A DNA stretch of 64,000 nucleotides, taken from assembly GCA_037142675.1 (NCBI GenBank), contig JBAXAF010000001.1:28543-92542 (forward strand), in the 5' to 3' direction. The notes beneath the pieces were generated by a model. The model made no database searches. It saw only the letters and a program-made list of their open reading frames with translations, and was not told the DNA's origin. The translations under genes and the position numbers were made by a program. This DNA comes from Candidatus Berkelbacteria bacterium (GTDB lineage Bacteria > Patescibacteriota > UBA1384 > XYA2-FULL-43-10 > CAINNR01). Positions 29,983 to 39,017 of the stretch are shown piece by piece; position 1 is the stretch's first letter, and each line of letters begins with the position of its first letter.

Positions 29983-31065
29983 ATGGAGCCTACTGGCAAT
30001 GATACTTCGAAGTTCCCGGCGTTTTCACGCCTGCTTAGTTTGGCGATCTCGAAAGGTGCCTCTGACATCCATATTGTTGTTGGTTCTCATCCACTACTGC
30101 GGATAGATGGTAGGTTGCTGCCAGTTACCTCTGAGCCACCTTTGACGCTTGATAAGGTTAATAATCTACTGTCGGAAATCGCCAGCCCAGAGATTTTAGA
30201 AAAAGTTAAATCTAAAACAGAAATGGATTTTTCTTTTGAATTTGATCACACTCGATTCCGCACAAATGTGTATTTGCAAAAGAATCTGCCGGCTGCATCA
30301 CTGCGGTTAATTCCTAGCAAGGTAAAAACTTACACAGAACTTGGTTTGCCGCCAATCGTTGAATTTTTTACCTCTCAGTCTCAAGGCCTGGTTATTATTA
30401 CCGGCCCAACTGGCCATGGAAAATCAACCACACTGGCTTCAATGGTGCAAAAAATTAATTTAGAGCGGCGCGAGCATATTATTACTATTGAAGATCCAAT
30501 TGAGTATTTGTTTACCAGCGAAAAGAGCTTGGTTTCCCAACGTGAAATTGGCACTGACAGTCAAAGTTTTCCAGCAGCGCTTCGGAGTGCTCTTCGTGAG
30601 GACCCAAATGTTATACTCATTGGTGAAATGCGAGATCTGGAAACCATCGAATCCGCGCTAACAATGGCGGAAACTGGACACTTAGTTTTGACGACTCTGC
30701 ACACAAATTCAGCTGCTCAAACCATAGATCGAATCGTTGGAGTTTTCCCAGCTTATCAGCAACAGCAAATTAGGAGCCAGCTGGCGTCAGTTCTCTTGGG
30801 AGTTATGTCCCAAAGGCTGATTCCAAAAATATCAGGTGGCCGAGCGGTTGCCGCTGAGGTAATGATTGCAAATCCTGCAATTCGCACCTTGGTTCGTGAT
30901 AACAAAATACATCAAATTCCGAATGTTATTCAAACATCTGCTTCAGAAGGTATGATTTTGCTTGATAAGGTTCTGGCTGAATTAATTTCTCGCGGAGAAG
31001 TTTCGCTCGAAGATGCACTGACCTGGTCAATATCTCCGAAGTCTCTAAAAATGATGGTGTATTAA
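29983..31065 (+). CDS. pilT: Twitching-motility retraction ATPase PilT
   Basis: Walker A GPTGHGKSTT, PilT-type His box, about 360 aa. Confidence 0.85.
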   Translation: MEPTGNDTSKFPAFSRLLSLAISKGASDIHIVVGSHPLLRIDGRLLPVTSEPPLTLDKVNNLLSEIASPEILEKVKSKTEMDFSFEFDHTRFRTNVYLQKNLPAASLRLIPSKVKTYTELGLPPIVEFFTSQSQGLVIITGPTGHGKSTTLASMVQKINLERREHIITIEDPIEYLFTSEKSLVSQREIGTDSQSFPAALRSALREDPNVILIGEMRDLETIESALTMAETGHLVLTTLHTNSAAQTIDRIVGVFPAYQQQQIRSQLASVLLGVMSQRLIPKISGGRAVAAEVMIANPAIRTLVRDNKIHQIPNVIQTSASEGMILLDKVLAELISRGEVSLEDALTWSISPKSLKMMVY

Positions 31066-31066
31066 T

Positions 31067-32269
31067 ATGATGAGATTTAAATACAGGGCGAAAAATGATC
31101 GCGGCGACATGGTCGGCGGCGTTGTTCGAGCTGATAATGTTTTGGCCGCAGAAAAGATTCTGCGTTCAAATAATCTGGTTACCGTCGACATTTTCCCCGA
31201 AACCACTGAGGTTTTTTCGGTTTTTGGAATTCGCAAAAAGGTTTCTCTTAGAGACAAGGCTATTTTTTCCAGCCAGCTTTCCACTATGGTTTCTGCTGGT
31301 TTGTCGTTGCCAAAGTCAATCAACATTATTGCGGCCCAAACTGATAATCAGTATCTCAAAAGTATTTTTTATAACGTCAACCGCGACCTAGAAGAAGGGT
31401 TGAATTTCTCATCTTCATTGGCAAAATACCCGGATGTTTTCGACGAGCTTTTTGTTAATGTTGTTAGGTCGGGCGAATCAACCGGTAACCTTGAAACAGT
31501 AATGCAGCGAATGTCAGAGAAAATTGATAAAGATCAAAATTTGTCTGCCAAACTTTTCTCAGCAATGATTTACCCAATCTTCATTATTGTAGCTTTAATT
31601 GGTGTCGGCTGGTTATTACTGGTGAAAATTGTGCCGCAAATTGAATCTGTTTTTAAAGATTCCAACGCCGCTCTTCCTTGGGCGACATCGACCTTAATTT
31701 CCATTTCCCATTTTCTCTCCGGCTACTGGTGGATAATATTATTAGCTGTGCTTTTACTTGTATTTTTTGGTCGCTATTATCTGGCCACAAATCAAGGTAA
31801 GGCCTTTTACGCCAAGGCACAATTAAGCATCCCAGGGTTCAAGAAGGTGTCATCAGATGTCTATATGGCAAGGTTCTGTCGAACAATTCAAATGCTTTTT
31901 GAGTCGGGTGTGCCGCTTTTGGACGCAATTAACACAACCGGTAACGTTATGGTAAACAGCTACTACAAAAGTTCGCTCCAAAGAATTTCAAAAGAGGTTC
32001 AAAAAGGTGTATCATTAAGTGTAGAACTTTCTAAGGATCCATTGTACCCACCGCTAATTAGCCAAATGATGGCGGTTGGCGAGCAAACCGGTAAATCTGC
32101 TGATGTAATGGAGAAATTGGCTAAGTTTTATGAAGACGAAGCTCAGAACGCAATCAGTGGTGTATATTCATTGGTTGAGCCGCTAGCTATGGTTCTTGTA
32201 GGCATTGGAGTGGCTGTCTTAGTTTTTGCTATATTAGTTCCAATATATCAAATAGCACAAATGCAGTAA
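31067..32269 (+). CDS. pilC: Type IV pilus platform protein PilC (GspF family)
   Basis: Two GspF repeats, three TM segments, position after pilT. Confidence 0.85.
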   Translation: MMRFKYRAKNDRGDMVGGVVRADNVLAAEKILRSNNLVTVDIFPETTEVFSVFGIRKKVSLRDKAIFSSQLSTMVSAGLSLPKSINIIAAQTDNQYLKSIFYNVNRDLEEGLNFSSSLAKYPDVFDELFVNVVRSGESTGNLETVMQRMSEKIDKDQNLSAKLFSAMIYPIFIIVALIGVGWLLLVKIVPQIESVFKDSNAALPWATSTLISISHFLSGYWWIILLAVLLLVFFGRYYLATNQGKAFYAKAQLSIPGFKKVSSDVYMARFCRTIQMLFESGVPLLDAINTTGNVMVNSYYKSSLQRISKEVQKGVSLSVELSKDPLYPPLISQMMAVGEQTGKSADVMEKLAKFYEDEAQNAISGVYSLVEPLAMVLVGIGVAVLVFAILVPIYQIAQMQ

Positions 32270-32330
32270 GCCGCGGTCGGTCGGTAGCATTGAATTGCTA
32301 ATTTAGTTAAATATTTATTTAGGAGGAAAA

Positions 32331-32849
32331 ATGAAGAGTAGAAAAGCCTTTACATTAATTGAGCTTCTTATTGTTATCGCCATTATTGGCATTTTGGCTG
32401 CTGTTATCTTTGTCAGCTTGAACGCTGCTAGAAAGAAAGCCTATGATGCGCAAGTTAAGAGCGACATGACATCGCTTTCACAGGCCCTTGAGATTGTTAA
32501 GATAGACAGAACCTTGCCAGGATTTAATTGGTCCACACTTGTAGATGTCCCTTCAACCGTTGCCACTTCAAATGATGCCAATATTGCTCGCTGGACAGAC
32601 AGTGGTGATGCTACAACCGGTAATCGATTGGTTCCGAAACTACCTACTAATCCAAATGGTGGCGTTTATGGCATTCACATTATTGCTGGCAACTCTTACT
32701 CCATGGTTGGCGCACTTAGTGTCGCGAACAAATTTTACTGCATTAAAGACGGCCAATCCAAAGAGTTTACTGCGGTTGCAACCGCCGCCGCTGGGACAAC
32801 TCCAGCAGCCACCAATCTTCAAAATGCTCATACGGCGTGTGATTCCTAG
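32331..32849 (+). CDS. Type IV pilin (copy 1)
   Basis: Class III signal MKSRKA|FTLIELLIVIAIIGILAAV, C-terminal Cys pair, RBS AGGAGG. Confidence 0.8.
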   Translation: MKSRKAFTLIELLIVIAIIGILAAVIFVSLNAARKKAYDAQVKSDMTSLSQALEIVKIDRTLPGFNWSTLVDVPSTVATSNDANIARWTDSGDATTGNRLVPKLPTNPNGGVYGIHIIAGNSYSMVGALSVANKFYCIKDGQSKEFTAVATAAAGTTPAATNLQNAHTACDS

Positions 32850-32873
32850 AAGTGATTCTTAGCTTTTGTTAAT

Positions 32874-32909
32874 GTTTGTCCCGCTTCTAGCGGGACAAAC
32901 TTGTTTTTT
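32874..32909 (+). terminator. Intrinsic terminator after pilin 1 (identical copy after pilin 2 at 33730-33765)
   Basis: TTTGTCCCGC-TTCTA-GCGGGACAAA stem-loop plus T-run. Confidence 0.6.
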
Positions 32910-32924
32910 CTACCATATATTTAT

Positions 32925-33030
32925 GGTAAATAGCTACTACAAAAGTTCACTGTAAATAATTTCAAAAGAGCTCCAAAAAGTGTATCATTATAAGTGTAGA
33001 ACTTTACAAATAGCACAAATGCAGTAAGCC
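32925..33030 (+). pseudogene. Degenerate partial copy of the pilC 3' end (duplication remnant)
   Basis: About 80% identity to pilC 31940-32010 plus the last 35 nt of pilC/intergenic (AAATAGCACAAATGCAGTAAGCCGCGGTCGG...), internal deletion, frame destroyed. Confidence 0.55.
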
Positions 33031-33079
33031 GCGGTCGGTCGGTAGCATTGAATTGCTAATTTAGTTAAATATTTATTTA

Positions 33080-33131
33080 CCCCTGTTAAATGCGCCTACG
33101 GCGCAACTCGCGAAACGAGTATTTAACGGGG
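33080..33131 (+). repeat. Family-2 structured palindromic element, copy 2, inserted between the duplicated pilin promoter and its RBS
   Basis: CCCCTGTTAAAT...ATTTAACGGGG enclosing hairpins GCGCC-TAC-GGCGC and ACTCG-CGAAA-CGAGT; absent from the otherwise identical region upstream of pilin 1. Confidence 0.55.
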
Positions 33132-33143
33132 TGTAGGAGGAAA

Positions 33144-33701
33144 ATGCGAAAAGTAATGCAGTCCGCCTGTGGCGGAAAGAGTAGAAAAGCCTTTACATTA
33201 ATTGAGCTTCTTATTGTTATCGCCATTATTGGCATATTGGCTGCCGTTATCTTTGTTAGTTTGAACGCTGCCAGAAAGAAAGCCTACGATGCGCAAGTTA
33301 AGAGCGATATGACATCACTTTCACAGGCCCTTGAGATTGTTAAAATTGATAGGCCTCTAACCCCAATGCCACTAGCTTTCACGCAGCTTATATATGATAA
33401 GGATAATCTTGGCACATCTGACAGAAATATTGCTCGCTGGACAGACAGTGGTGATGCCGCAACTGGAGGCAGGTTAGTGCCAAAGCTTCCAATTAACCAA
33501 AATAATTCTTCATATTTTATCAACATCGGACCTACATCGAGCGATTATGCGCTTATTAGCGCGCTTAGTATTCCTAACAAGTTTTTCTGTGTTCACAATG
33601 GACAGTCGTTTGAAATTATTGGTGTAGCCACAGCTGCGGCTGGCACCACTCCTGCCGTTCCTGTTTTTACAGATGCAAAAAATCAGTGCGCTACGTCCTA
33701 G
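33144..33701 (+). CDS. Type IV pilin (copy 2, divergent C-terminus)
   Basis: MRKVMQSACGGKSRKA|FTLIELLIVIAIIGILAAV; N-terminal 50 aa nearly identical to pilin 1; RBS GGAGGAAA. Confidence 0.75.
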   Translation: MRKVMQSACGGKSRKAFTLIELLIVIAIIGILAAVIFVSLNAARKKAYDAQVKSDMTSLSQALEIVKIDRPLTPMPLAFTQLIYDKDNLGTSDRNIARWTDSGDAATGGRLVPKLPINQNNSSYFINIGPTSSDYALISALSIPNKFFCVHNGQSFEIIGVATAAAGTTPAVPVFTDAKNQCATS

Positions 33702-33772
33702 CCTAGCGTGTCCTTTGCGTATATGGAAAGTTTGTCCCGCTTCTAGCGGGACAAACTTGTTTTTGCTAAGAT

Positions 33773-34534
33773 ATGTTTATGGCAGTAGCTTTAATTTTTT
33801 TGCTGGTCGGCTTGTTTGTTGGCAGTTTTTTAAATGTGCTAATTTTTCGCTTTCCTGAGATGAAAGGCTTGGTTTCTGGCCGCTCCTATTGTCCTCACTG
33901 TAAAAAAACCATTGCTTGGTTCGATCTTATTCCGGTTGCGAGCTATATTATTCTTTGGGGTAAGTGTCGAAATTGTCGAAAACAAATATCATTGCAATAT
34001 CCACTGGTTGAAATATCTACTGGAATCGTCTTTTTTTTCTTGGCAAAAACAATTGGTGTTGACTACCCACTAATCGGCTATTTGTTGATCGCTTGTGTAT
34101 CTATGTTAATTTTCGTATATGACGCCAAGTTTCTTGAAATTCCTGAAGTTTTTTCCTGGTTGCTGTTGATTTCCGCAATCGTGCTTACGGTACTTAGTTC
34201 AAGTTTTTCTATAAACGATTTTCTATTAGGTGGCTTAATTGGCGGTGGTGTACTGGGAATTATGGTGGGTATTTCGGAAGAACGGATGATGGGATCAGGC
34301 GACATCAAAATTGGTCTAGCTTTTGGTTTTTTGCTCGGTGCCCACAGATCAATCCTGTTTTTATTTTTATCGTTTATTATTGGTGCTATTGTCGGTTTAA
34401 TCCTAATGATGTCTAGCAAGAAAAAAGTGCAGTCAGAAATTGCTTTTGCGCCTTTTTTAATTATAGCAGCCCTAATTTGTATTATTTGGGGTAACCAGCT
34501 AGTTAATTTGTGCCAAAAATTTGCTATGATATAA
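33773..34534 (+). CDS. pilD: Prepilin peptidase PilD (A24 family)
   Basis: N-terminal CxxC..CxxC zinc motif (CPHCKK..CRNCRK), eight TMs, catalytic Asp region. Confidence 0.85.
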   Translation: MFMAVALIFLLVGLFVGSFLNVLIFRFPEMKGLVSGRSYCPHCKKTIAWFDLIPVASYIILWGKCRNCRKQISLQYPLVEISTGIVFFFLAKTIGVDYPLIGYLLIACVSMLIFVYDAKFLEIPEVFSWLLLISAIVLTVLSSSFSINDFLLGGLIGGGVLGIMVGISEERMMGSGDIKIGLAFGFLLGAHRSILFLFLSFIIGAIVGLILMMSSKKKVQSEIAFAPFLIIAALICIIWGNQLVNLCQKFAMI

Positions 34535-34536
34535 TC

Positions 34537-35115
34537 ATGAAAATTACGCAGCGCTACTATGCCGCTTTTTTGCAAGTGCCGAATAAAAGGAAGGGGATGA
34601 CGCTGATTGAGCTTCTGATCTCTCTTGCTATAATCGGCATGATGACTGGAATTGCCTTCCCTATTTTTTCTTATTATCAAAAAAGAAGCACTGCGGACAG
34701 CGACATCCGAAATTTTGTTTCACTTTTCAATTACGCCAGGTCGCTGCAGAACAATCCGGAGAATGTCTCCAGGCTTGATTCAAACAAGAATTACAATTAC
34801 GAAATTAAGTTCACTAATTCATCGAATATAAATCGCGCTGAGCTGTATCTAAAAACTGATGATCCGGCTGGGCCAATAATTATTGATAAAATTGATTTTG
34901 CCGAAGATATCATGGTGAATGGCGATGTTGGTGGTAACGAGCTTAAGATTACTTTTGGTGGGACCCTGCCAGATGAAAATATTTCCTGCTCTCCAACTGA
35001 TTGCTCAACTTCAATTGCAATAGGGCTCACGACCAGGGGTGCGGGCTCAATTATCAAAACCGCAACGATACTAAATACAACCGCTTCCCAGCTGCTATCA
35101 ATATCAAATAATTAA
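34537..35115 (+). CDS. Minor pilin / pseudopilin
   Basis: Prepilin-type N-terminus ...KRKG|MTLIELLISLAIIG; start codon choice uncertain. Confidence 0.6.
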   Translation: MKITQRYYAAFLQVPNKRKGMTLIELLISLAIIGMMTGIAFPIFSYYQKRSTADSDIRNFVSLFNYARSLQNNPENVSRLDSNKNYNYEIKFTNSSNINRAELYLKTDDPAGPIIIDKIDFAEDIMVNGDVGGNELKITFGGTLPDENISCSPTDCSTSIAIGLTTRGAGSIIKTATILNTTASQLLSISNN

Positions 35116-35123
35116 TTTTTTAG

Positions 35124-35696
35124 ATGAAATTTTTAGTTAAAAAATCTCGGGGCTTCGGTTTAATAGAAACTCTGGTTGCTTGCGCAATATTGATTTTGAT
35201 TTGTGGTTCTCTGCTGGCGATCAATGTCCTGGTAGCTCGCGATATTATTTTTGCCAGAGGACGATCTGTTGCTTTTAATTTGGCACAAGAAGGAATCGAA
35301 AGTGTAAGACAAATCCGTGATACTAATTTAGTTGATAGGCAGGATACAACAAATTGGAACACTTTTGTTTGTAGCGCCACTGGGCTTTCGCCACTAGATT
35401 ACTCTAGTGTATATAAAGTTACTGAAGGTCGCTTGAACTCATGCTATCCAGACAATACTACCTCAAGAATTGCCTTAACGCCAGACAGCGCCGGAGAGCC
35501 AATTACTATTGGTCCCGTAACATATATCAGAAAGATTAGTTTTATAGTTTCTGGTATTAATCCAGCCATCAGCAACGCAACAATTACAAGTGCTAACTCG
35601 GTTCGAGTTAAAGTTCAGGTTGATTGGACCGAAAACGGAAGCGACCGCACAATTCAAGCCACTGAATTACTTACCAACTGGAAGCGGGGACTGTGA
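35124..35696 (+). CDS. Minor pilin
   Basis: MKFLVKKSRG|FGLIETLVACAILIL prepilin signal. Confidence 0.65.
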   Translation: MKFLVKKSRGFGLIETLVACAILILICGSLLAINVLVARDIIFARGRSVAFNLAQEGIESVRQIRDTNLVDRQDTTNWNTFVCSATGLSPLDYSSVYKVTEGRLNSCYPDNTTSRIALTPDSAGEPITIGPVTYIRKISFIVSGINPAISNATITSANSVRVKVQVDWTENGSDRTIQATELLTNWKRGL

Positions 35697-35728
35697 GCAA
35701 TTTTCAAACAAGAACAGTGTTAAAGAAT

Positions 35729-36385
35729 ATGAAATCAAAAAAAGCCTTTACCTTAATTGAGATTCTAGTTGCTGTAGCGATATTTTCGACTGCAATGATT
35801 ATTGCTACAGGCATTTTTTCCAATGTTATAGGTAGCCAAAGCTTGGTTACCGCTAGCTCAACTGTGAATAATGAAGCTCAGCGTATTTTGCGTCAAATAT
35901 CAGACGACACAGTAAACGCTATCGGAACTGGAACAACAAATATTCCAGCCGGAACGGCTGGAAGTGATATTCAGGCCAAAGGTATTTTGTTTTTGAAAGA
36001 TGATGGATCAATCGCAAGCGCGGCCGATATTCCAACTGGAGTAGTTCTTTTTTCCAGTGCTGGCTTAAAAATTTACAGAATAAAAAATAATAATATCGAA
36101 TATACTGCCGATACGACATCAAATAAGTTGAGATTCAACTCCCTGGCTTCACCACCTAAAGTTGACGAGCGGCCGAGCGGCTACAATTTCCTCAGACTCA
36201 ACAGCTCGAATGTTGAAATCAGCACACTCAATCTTTCCGGGTTTTTCTGTTACAATTCTAGTTGTTTGCAGGCGCCGTATCTTAAAATTGATATGACGAT
36301 TCAAACAAAAAACTATTCATCTCAAGCTGCAAGACATCGGGCAAAGATTCAACTGCGAACAATGGTTACTGGCAGAAGCTATTGA
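35729..36385 (+). CDS. Minor pilin
   Basis: MKSKKA|FTLIEILVAVAIF prepilin signal; alternative GTG start at 35693 overlapping the upstream stop. Confidence 0.6.
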   Translation: MKSKKAFTLIEILVAVAIFSTAMIIATGIFSNVIGSQSLVTASSTVNNEAQRILRQISDDTVNAIGTGTTNIPAGTAGSDIQAKGILFLKDDGSIASAADIPTGVVLFSSAGLKIYRIKNNNIEYTADTTSNKLRFNSLASPPKVDERPSGYNFLRLNSSNVEISTLNLSGFFCYNSSCLQAPYLKIDMTIQTKNYSSQAARHRAKIQLRTMVTGRSY

Positions 36386-36525
36386 TAAAATCAATTTCTA
36401 ATATCTAATTCCTAATTTCTAAACAAATCCAAATGACCAAAATCCAAATTTTTAAAACTTTAAGATATTTGAATTTTGAAATTGTCTGGAGTTTAGAGGT
36501 TGGAATTTAGAATTTAATTTTGCGG
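36386..36525 (+). repeat. AT-rich, roughly 140-bp element, copy Y, downstream of the last pilin
   Basis: Related to copy X (27340-27470): CTAATATCTAATTCCTAA at its left end is the reverse complement of TTAGGAATTAGATATTAG at the right end of X, and the two copies share a core. Confidence 0.45.
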
Positions 36526-36533
36526 AGCAAAAT

Positions 36534-37517
36534 ATGAAACGAATCTTTTCAGGCATTCAACCAACTGGTATCCTGCATTTAGGTAATTATCTCGGTGCCA
36601 TTAAGCAATGGGTGGATTTGCAGCATAAAGTTGATGAATCAATTTTTTGCGTTGTTGATTTGCACGCCATTACTGTTGATCGCGATCCTAAATTGCCTGA
36701 GAATATTCTAAATGTCGCTGCTTGGTATCTGGCTTGCGGTGTCGACTTATCGAAATCAAAAATCTTTGTTCAGTCAATGCGTCCGGAGCACACCGAATTG
36801 GCCTGGGTTTTGAATTGCTTCGCCACTATGGGGGAGTTGGGCAGAATGACACAGTATAAAGAAAAGTCTGAGGGGAAAAAGGACTTAGTTTCCGTTGGGC
36901 TTTTTGACTATCCAATTCTAATGGCTGCCGACATACTATTATACGGCGCGACTGACGTGCCCGTTGGCGACGACCAAAAACAGCATGTCGAGTTAGCCCG
37001 TGATTTAGCAATCCGTTTCAATAATAAATATGGTAACGTTTTTACCGTGCCCGAGCCAATAATTCGCCAAGATGTTCAGCGGGTTAAGGGCTTGGACAAC
37101 CCGGAAAAGAAAATGGCAAAGTCCGCCGGCTCGGAATACAACTTTATTGCTTTGTCGGATGAACCAGACGTTGTGCGAAAAAAAATTAGTCGAGCAGTTA
37201 CAGATTCTGGAAGTGAAATTGTTGCACGCGAAGATAAACCAGCAATGACAAACTTGCTAAATATTTTCTCTGGAATTTCCGGCCGCGATATAAAAAGTTT
37301 GGAAGCCGATTTTGCTGGTAAAGGCTACGGGGACTTTAAAAAGGCTCTGGCTGAAGAAATTATTTTATTTTTAGAGCCAAAGCAAGCAAAATACAAAGAA
37401 ATCATCGCCGATAAGGATAAGTTGCGCAAAACTCTAATCGATGGCGCCAAGTCAGTCGAGCCAATTGCCCAAAAAACGCTAGAAGAAGTGAGGAAAAAAA
37501 TCGGGTTGGGAATTTAA
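36534..37517 (+). CDS. trpS: Tryptophanyl-tRNA synthetase
   Basis: GIQPTGILHLGNYLGA (HIGH-like) and KMAKS motifs; TrpRS length. Confidence 0.9.
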   Translation: MKRIFSGIQPTGILHLGNYLGAIKQWVDLQHKVDESIFCVVDLHAITVDRDPKLPENILNVAAWYLACGVDLSKSKIFVQSMRPEHTELAWVLNCFATMGELGRMTQYKEKSEGKKDLVSVGLFDYPILMAADILLYGATDVPVGDDQKQHVELARDLAIRFNNKYGNVFTVPEPIIRQDVQRVKGLDNPEKKMAKSAGSEYNFIALSDEPDVVRKKISRAVTDSGSEIVAREDKPAMTNLLNIFSGISGRDIKSLEADFAGKGYGDFKKALAEEIILFLEPKQAKYKEIIADKDKLRKTLIDGAKSVEPIAQKTLEEVRKKIGLGI

Positions 37518-37945
37518 TGGATAAGATTTATATAAATACAGACGGTGGATCTCGGGGAAATCCAGGTCCTGCAGCGGTTGGCGTAGTTTTTTTTGATGCC
37601 GATCAAAAAGTTATTCATGAATACAAGGAGTGTATTGGCCACGGAACAAATAATGAGGCGGAGTACCTTGCAATTATCAAAGCATTGGAGATATTAACTA
37701 AATCCAAGTGGTTTGCTGAAAATAATATTGTCGAGAAAGAAGTAATCTGTCGGCTTGACTCACAGCTTGTGGTTGAACAGATCAATGGTAATTATAAAAT
37801 TAAACAGGACCACTTAAAGCTTTTTATTGCTCAAATTCGACAAATGATTGCCCAAATGCAGCTAAGTATCTCTTTCATTCACATCCCACGGGAGGAGAAC
37901 AAGTTGGTCGACAAATTGGTCAATAAAGCGCTGGACGAGGCTTAA
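37517..37945 (+). CDS. rnhA: Ribonuclease HI
   Basis: DGGSRGNPGPAAVG and the catalytic D/E/D framework; about 140 aa. Confidence 0.85.
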   Translation: MDKIYINTDGGSRGNPGPAAVGVVFFDADQKVIHEYKECIGHGTNNEAEYLAIIKALEILTKSKWFAENNIVEKEVICRLDSQLVVEQINGNYKIKQDHLKLFIAQIRQMIAQMQLSISFIHIPREENKLVDKLVNKALDEA

Positions 37946-37985
37946 TTTGTCATTGCGAGGAGATGTGCGACGTGGCAATCTCATT

Positions 37986-38054
37986 TGTCATTCCGGACTT
38001 GATCCGGAATCTATCTAATAGTTTTTTGGATCCTGAATCAAGTTCAGGATGACA
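37986..38054 (+). repeat. Family-1 double-hairpin element, copy B (nearly identical to copy A), preceded by an extra partial left end (37948-37956 TGTCATTGC)
   Basis: TGTCATTCCGGACTTGATCCGGAAT...CCTGAATCAAGTTCAGGATGACA; ends 10 nt before the DUF167 ATG. Confidence 0.6.
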
Positions 38055-38064
38055 GAAAAATACC

Positions 38065-38286
38065 ATGAAAGTCTCCATCAAAGTTATTCCATCTGCTAAA
38101 GTTGAACAAATCCAGCCAGCTCTAGATGGCTCTCTAAAAGTTTGGTTACGTGCTCGCCCAAAAGAAGGCGAGGCTAACAAAGCACTTGTAAAATTACTTT
38201 CAAAACATTTTGATGTCCCAAAAACATCAATAGATATCGTTTCTGGTCTAACCTCTCGGAACAAAGTTGTTGAAATAGAAAAATAG
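38065..38286 (+). CDS. DUF167 (YggU/UPF0235) family protein
   Basis: About 73 aa; I..KV.P.AK......DG.L.V.L.A.P..G.AN..L...L pattern. Confidence 0.7.
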   Translation: MKVSIKVIPSAKVEQIQPALDGSLKVWLRARPKEGEANKALVKLLSKHFDVPKTSIDIVSGLTSRNKVVEIEK

Positions 38287-38349
38287 TACTATATAAGCAC
38301 AGCTTTTAACGCCTCGTGTCCGCTTCGCGGGGCTATTGAATCTTGTTAT

Positions 38350-38378
38350 AAAAAAAGCCGCGCCCCAGTTGGGGCACG
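38350..38378 (-). terminator. Intrinsic terminator for the GC-rich minus-strand gene, followed (minus sense) by TTTTTTTATAACAAGA (7 T's; complement of plus-strand AAAAAAA 38350-38356)
   Basis: GCCCCA-ACT-GGGGC hairpin plus T-run; the downstream T6-ATAACAAGAT string is shared with the terminator at 47021-47052. Confidence 0.5.
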
Positions 38379-38392
38379 AGCCAGATGAACTA

Positions 38393-38881
38393 TCACTCTT
38401 TCCAGCCGACATATTTCAGCTGGCGGACTGCTTGTAGCGGCTTCAGTTGAACTGCAGGAAACTTTTGAGCGTGGCGGACGATGGTGCGGCCCTCCACTTT
38501 CCCCATAATGAACACCCGCGTGAAGCCACATCGGGGGCAACCTTGCAGATCTGCCATTCCGTGACTGTATCCGTCGAAGTCGCGGGCGGGTTTTTGCGAT
38601 AATGCAACTTCGCTGAAGCATCGCAGACAGACTTTGCTCATGTCAATGATAAAGTTTTCCGCGGAACACTTCAGGCAAGATACAGGCTGTGCTCCTATTA
38701 CAATGTAAGCATCAGCCACCAGCGTCGGGTACGCTTCTACTGCTTCAGCCAACCGGTAGTCGTGCTCGCAGTTGTTCTGGATCTCCTCGAGCTGCTTGGC
38801 GAGCTTGTCCAGTTCTGTCTGGAGCCTGATGGCTTCGTTCTTTGGCCGTTTGCATTTAGGTGCTAGCGTTAGGTTGTGCAT
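38393..38881 (-). CDS. Hypothetical Cys-rich protein from a moderately GC-rich ORF (about 55% by eye)
   Basis: Start MHNLTLAP with RBS AAAGGAG at 7-nt spacing; CxxC..CxxC pairs; terminator downstream. Confidence 0.45.
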   Translation of the reverse strand: MHNLTLAPKCKRPKNEAIRLQTELDKLAKQLEEIQNNCEHDYRLAEAVEAYPTLVADAYIVIGAQPVSCLKCSAENFIIDMSKVCLRCFSEVALSQKPARDFDGYSHGMADLQGCPRCGFTRVFIMGKVEGRTIVRHAQKFPAVQLKPLQAVRQLKYVGWKE

Positions 38882-39017
38882 TACAAACTCCTTTTGGAAA
38901 CGATAAAATATTATCATTTTATTGTATATATGTCAACATTGAAAAACGAGCTTGGGAAGTGTAAAATAAAACTAAATAATTAAGGAGATGTTCCGAAGTA
39001 AATTCGGGATAACATTA

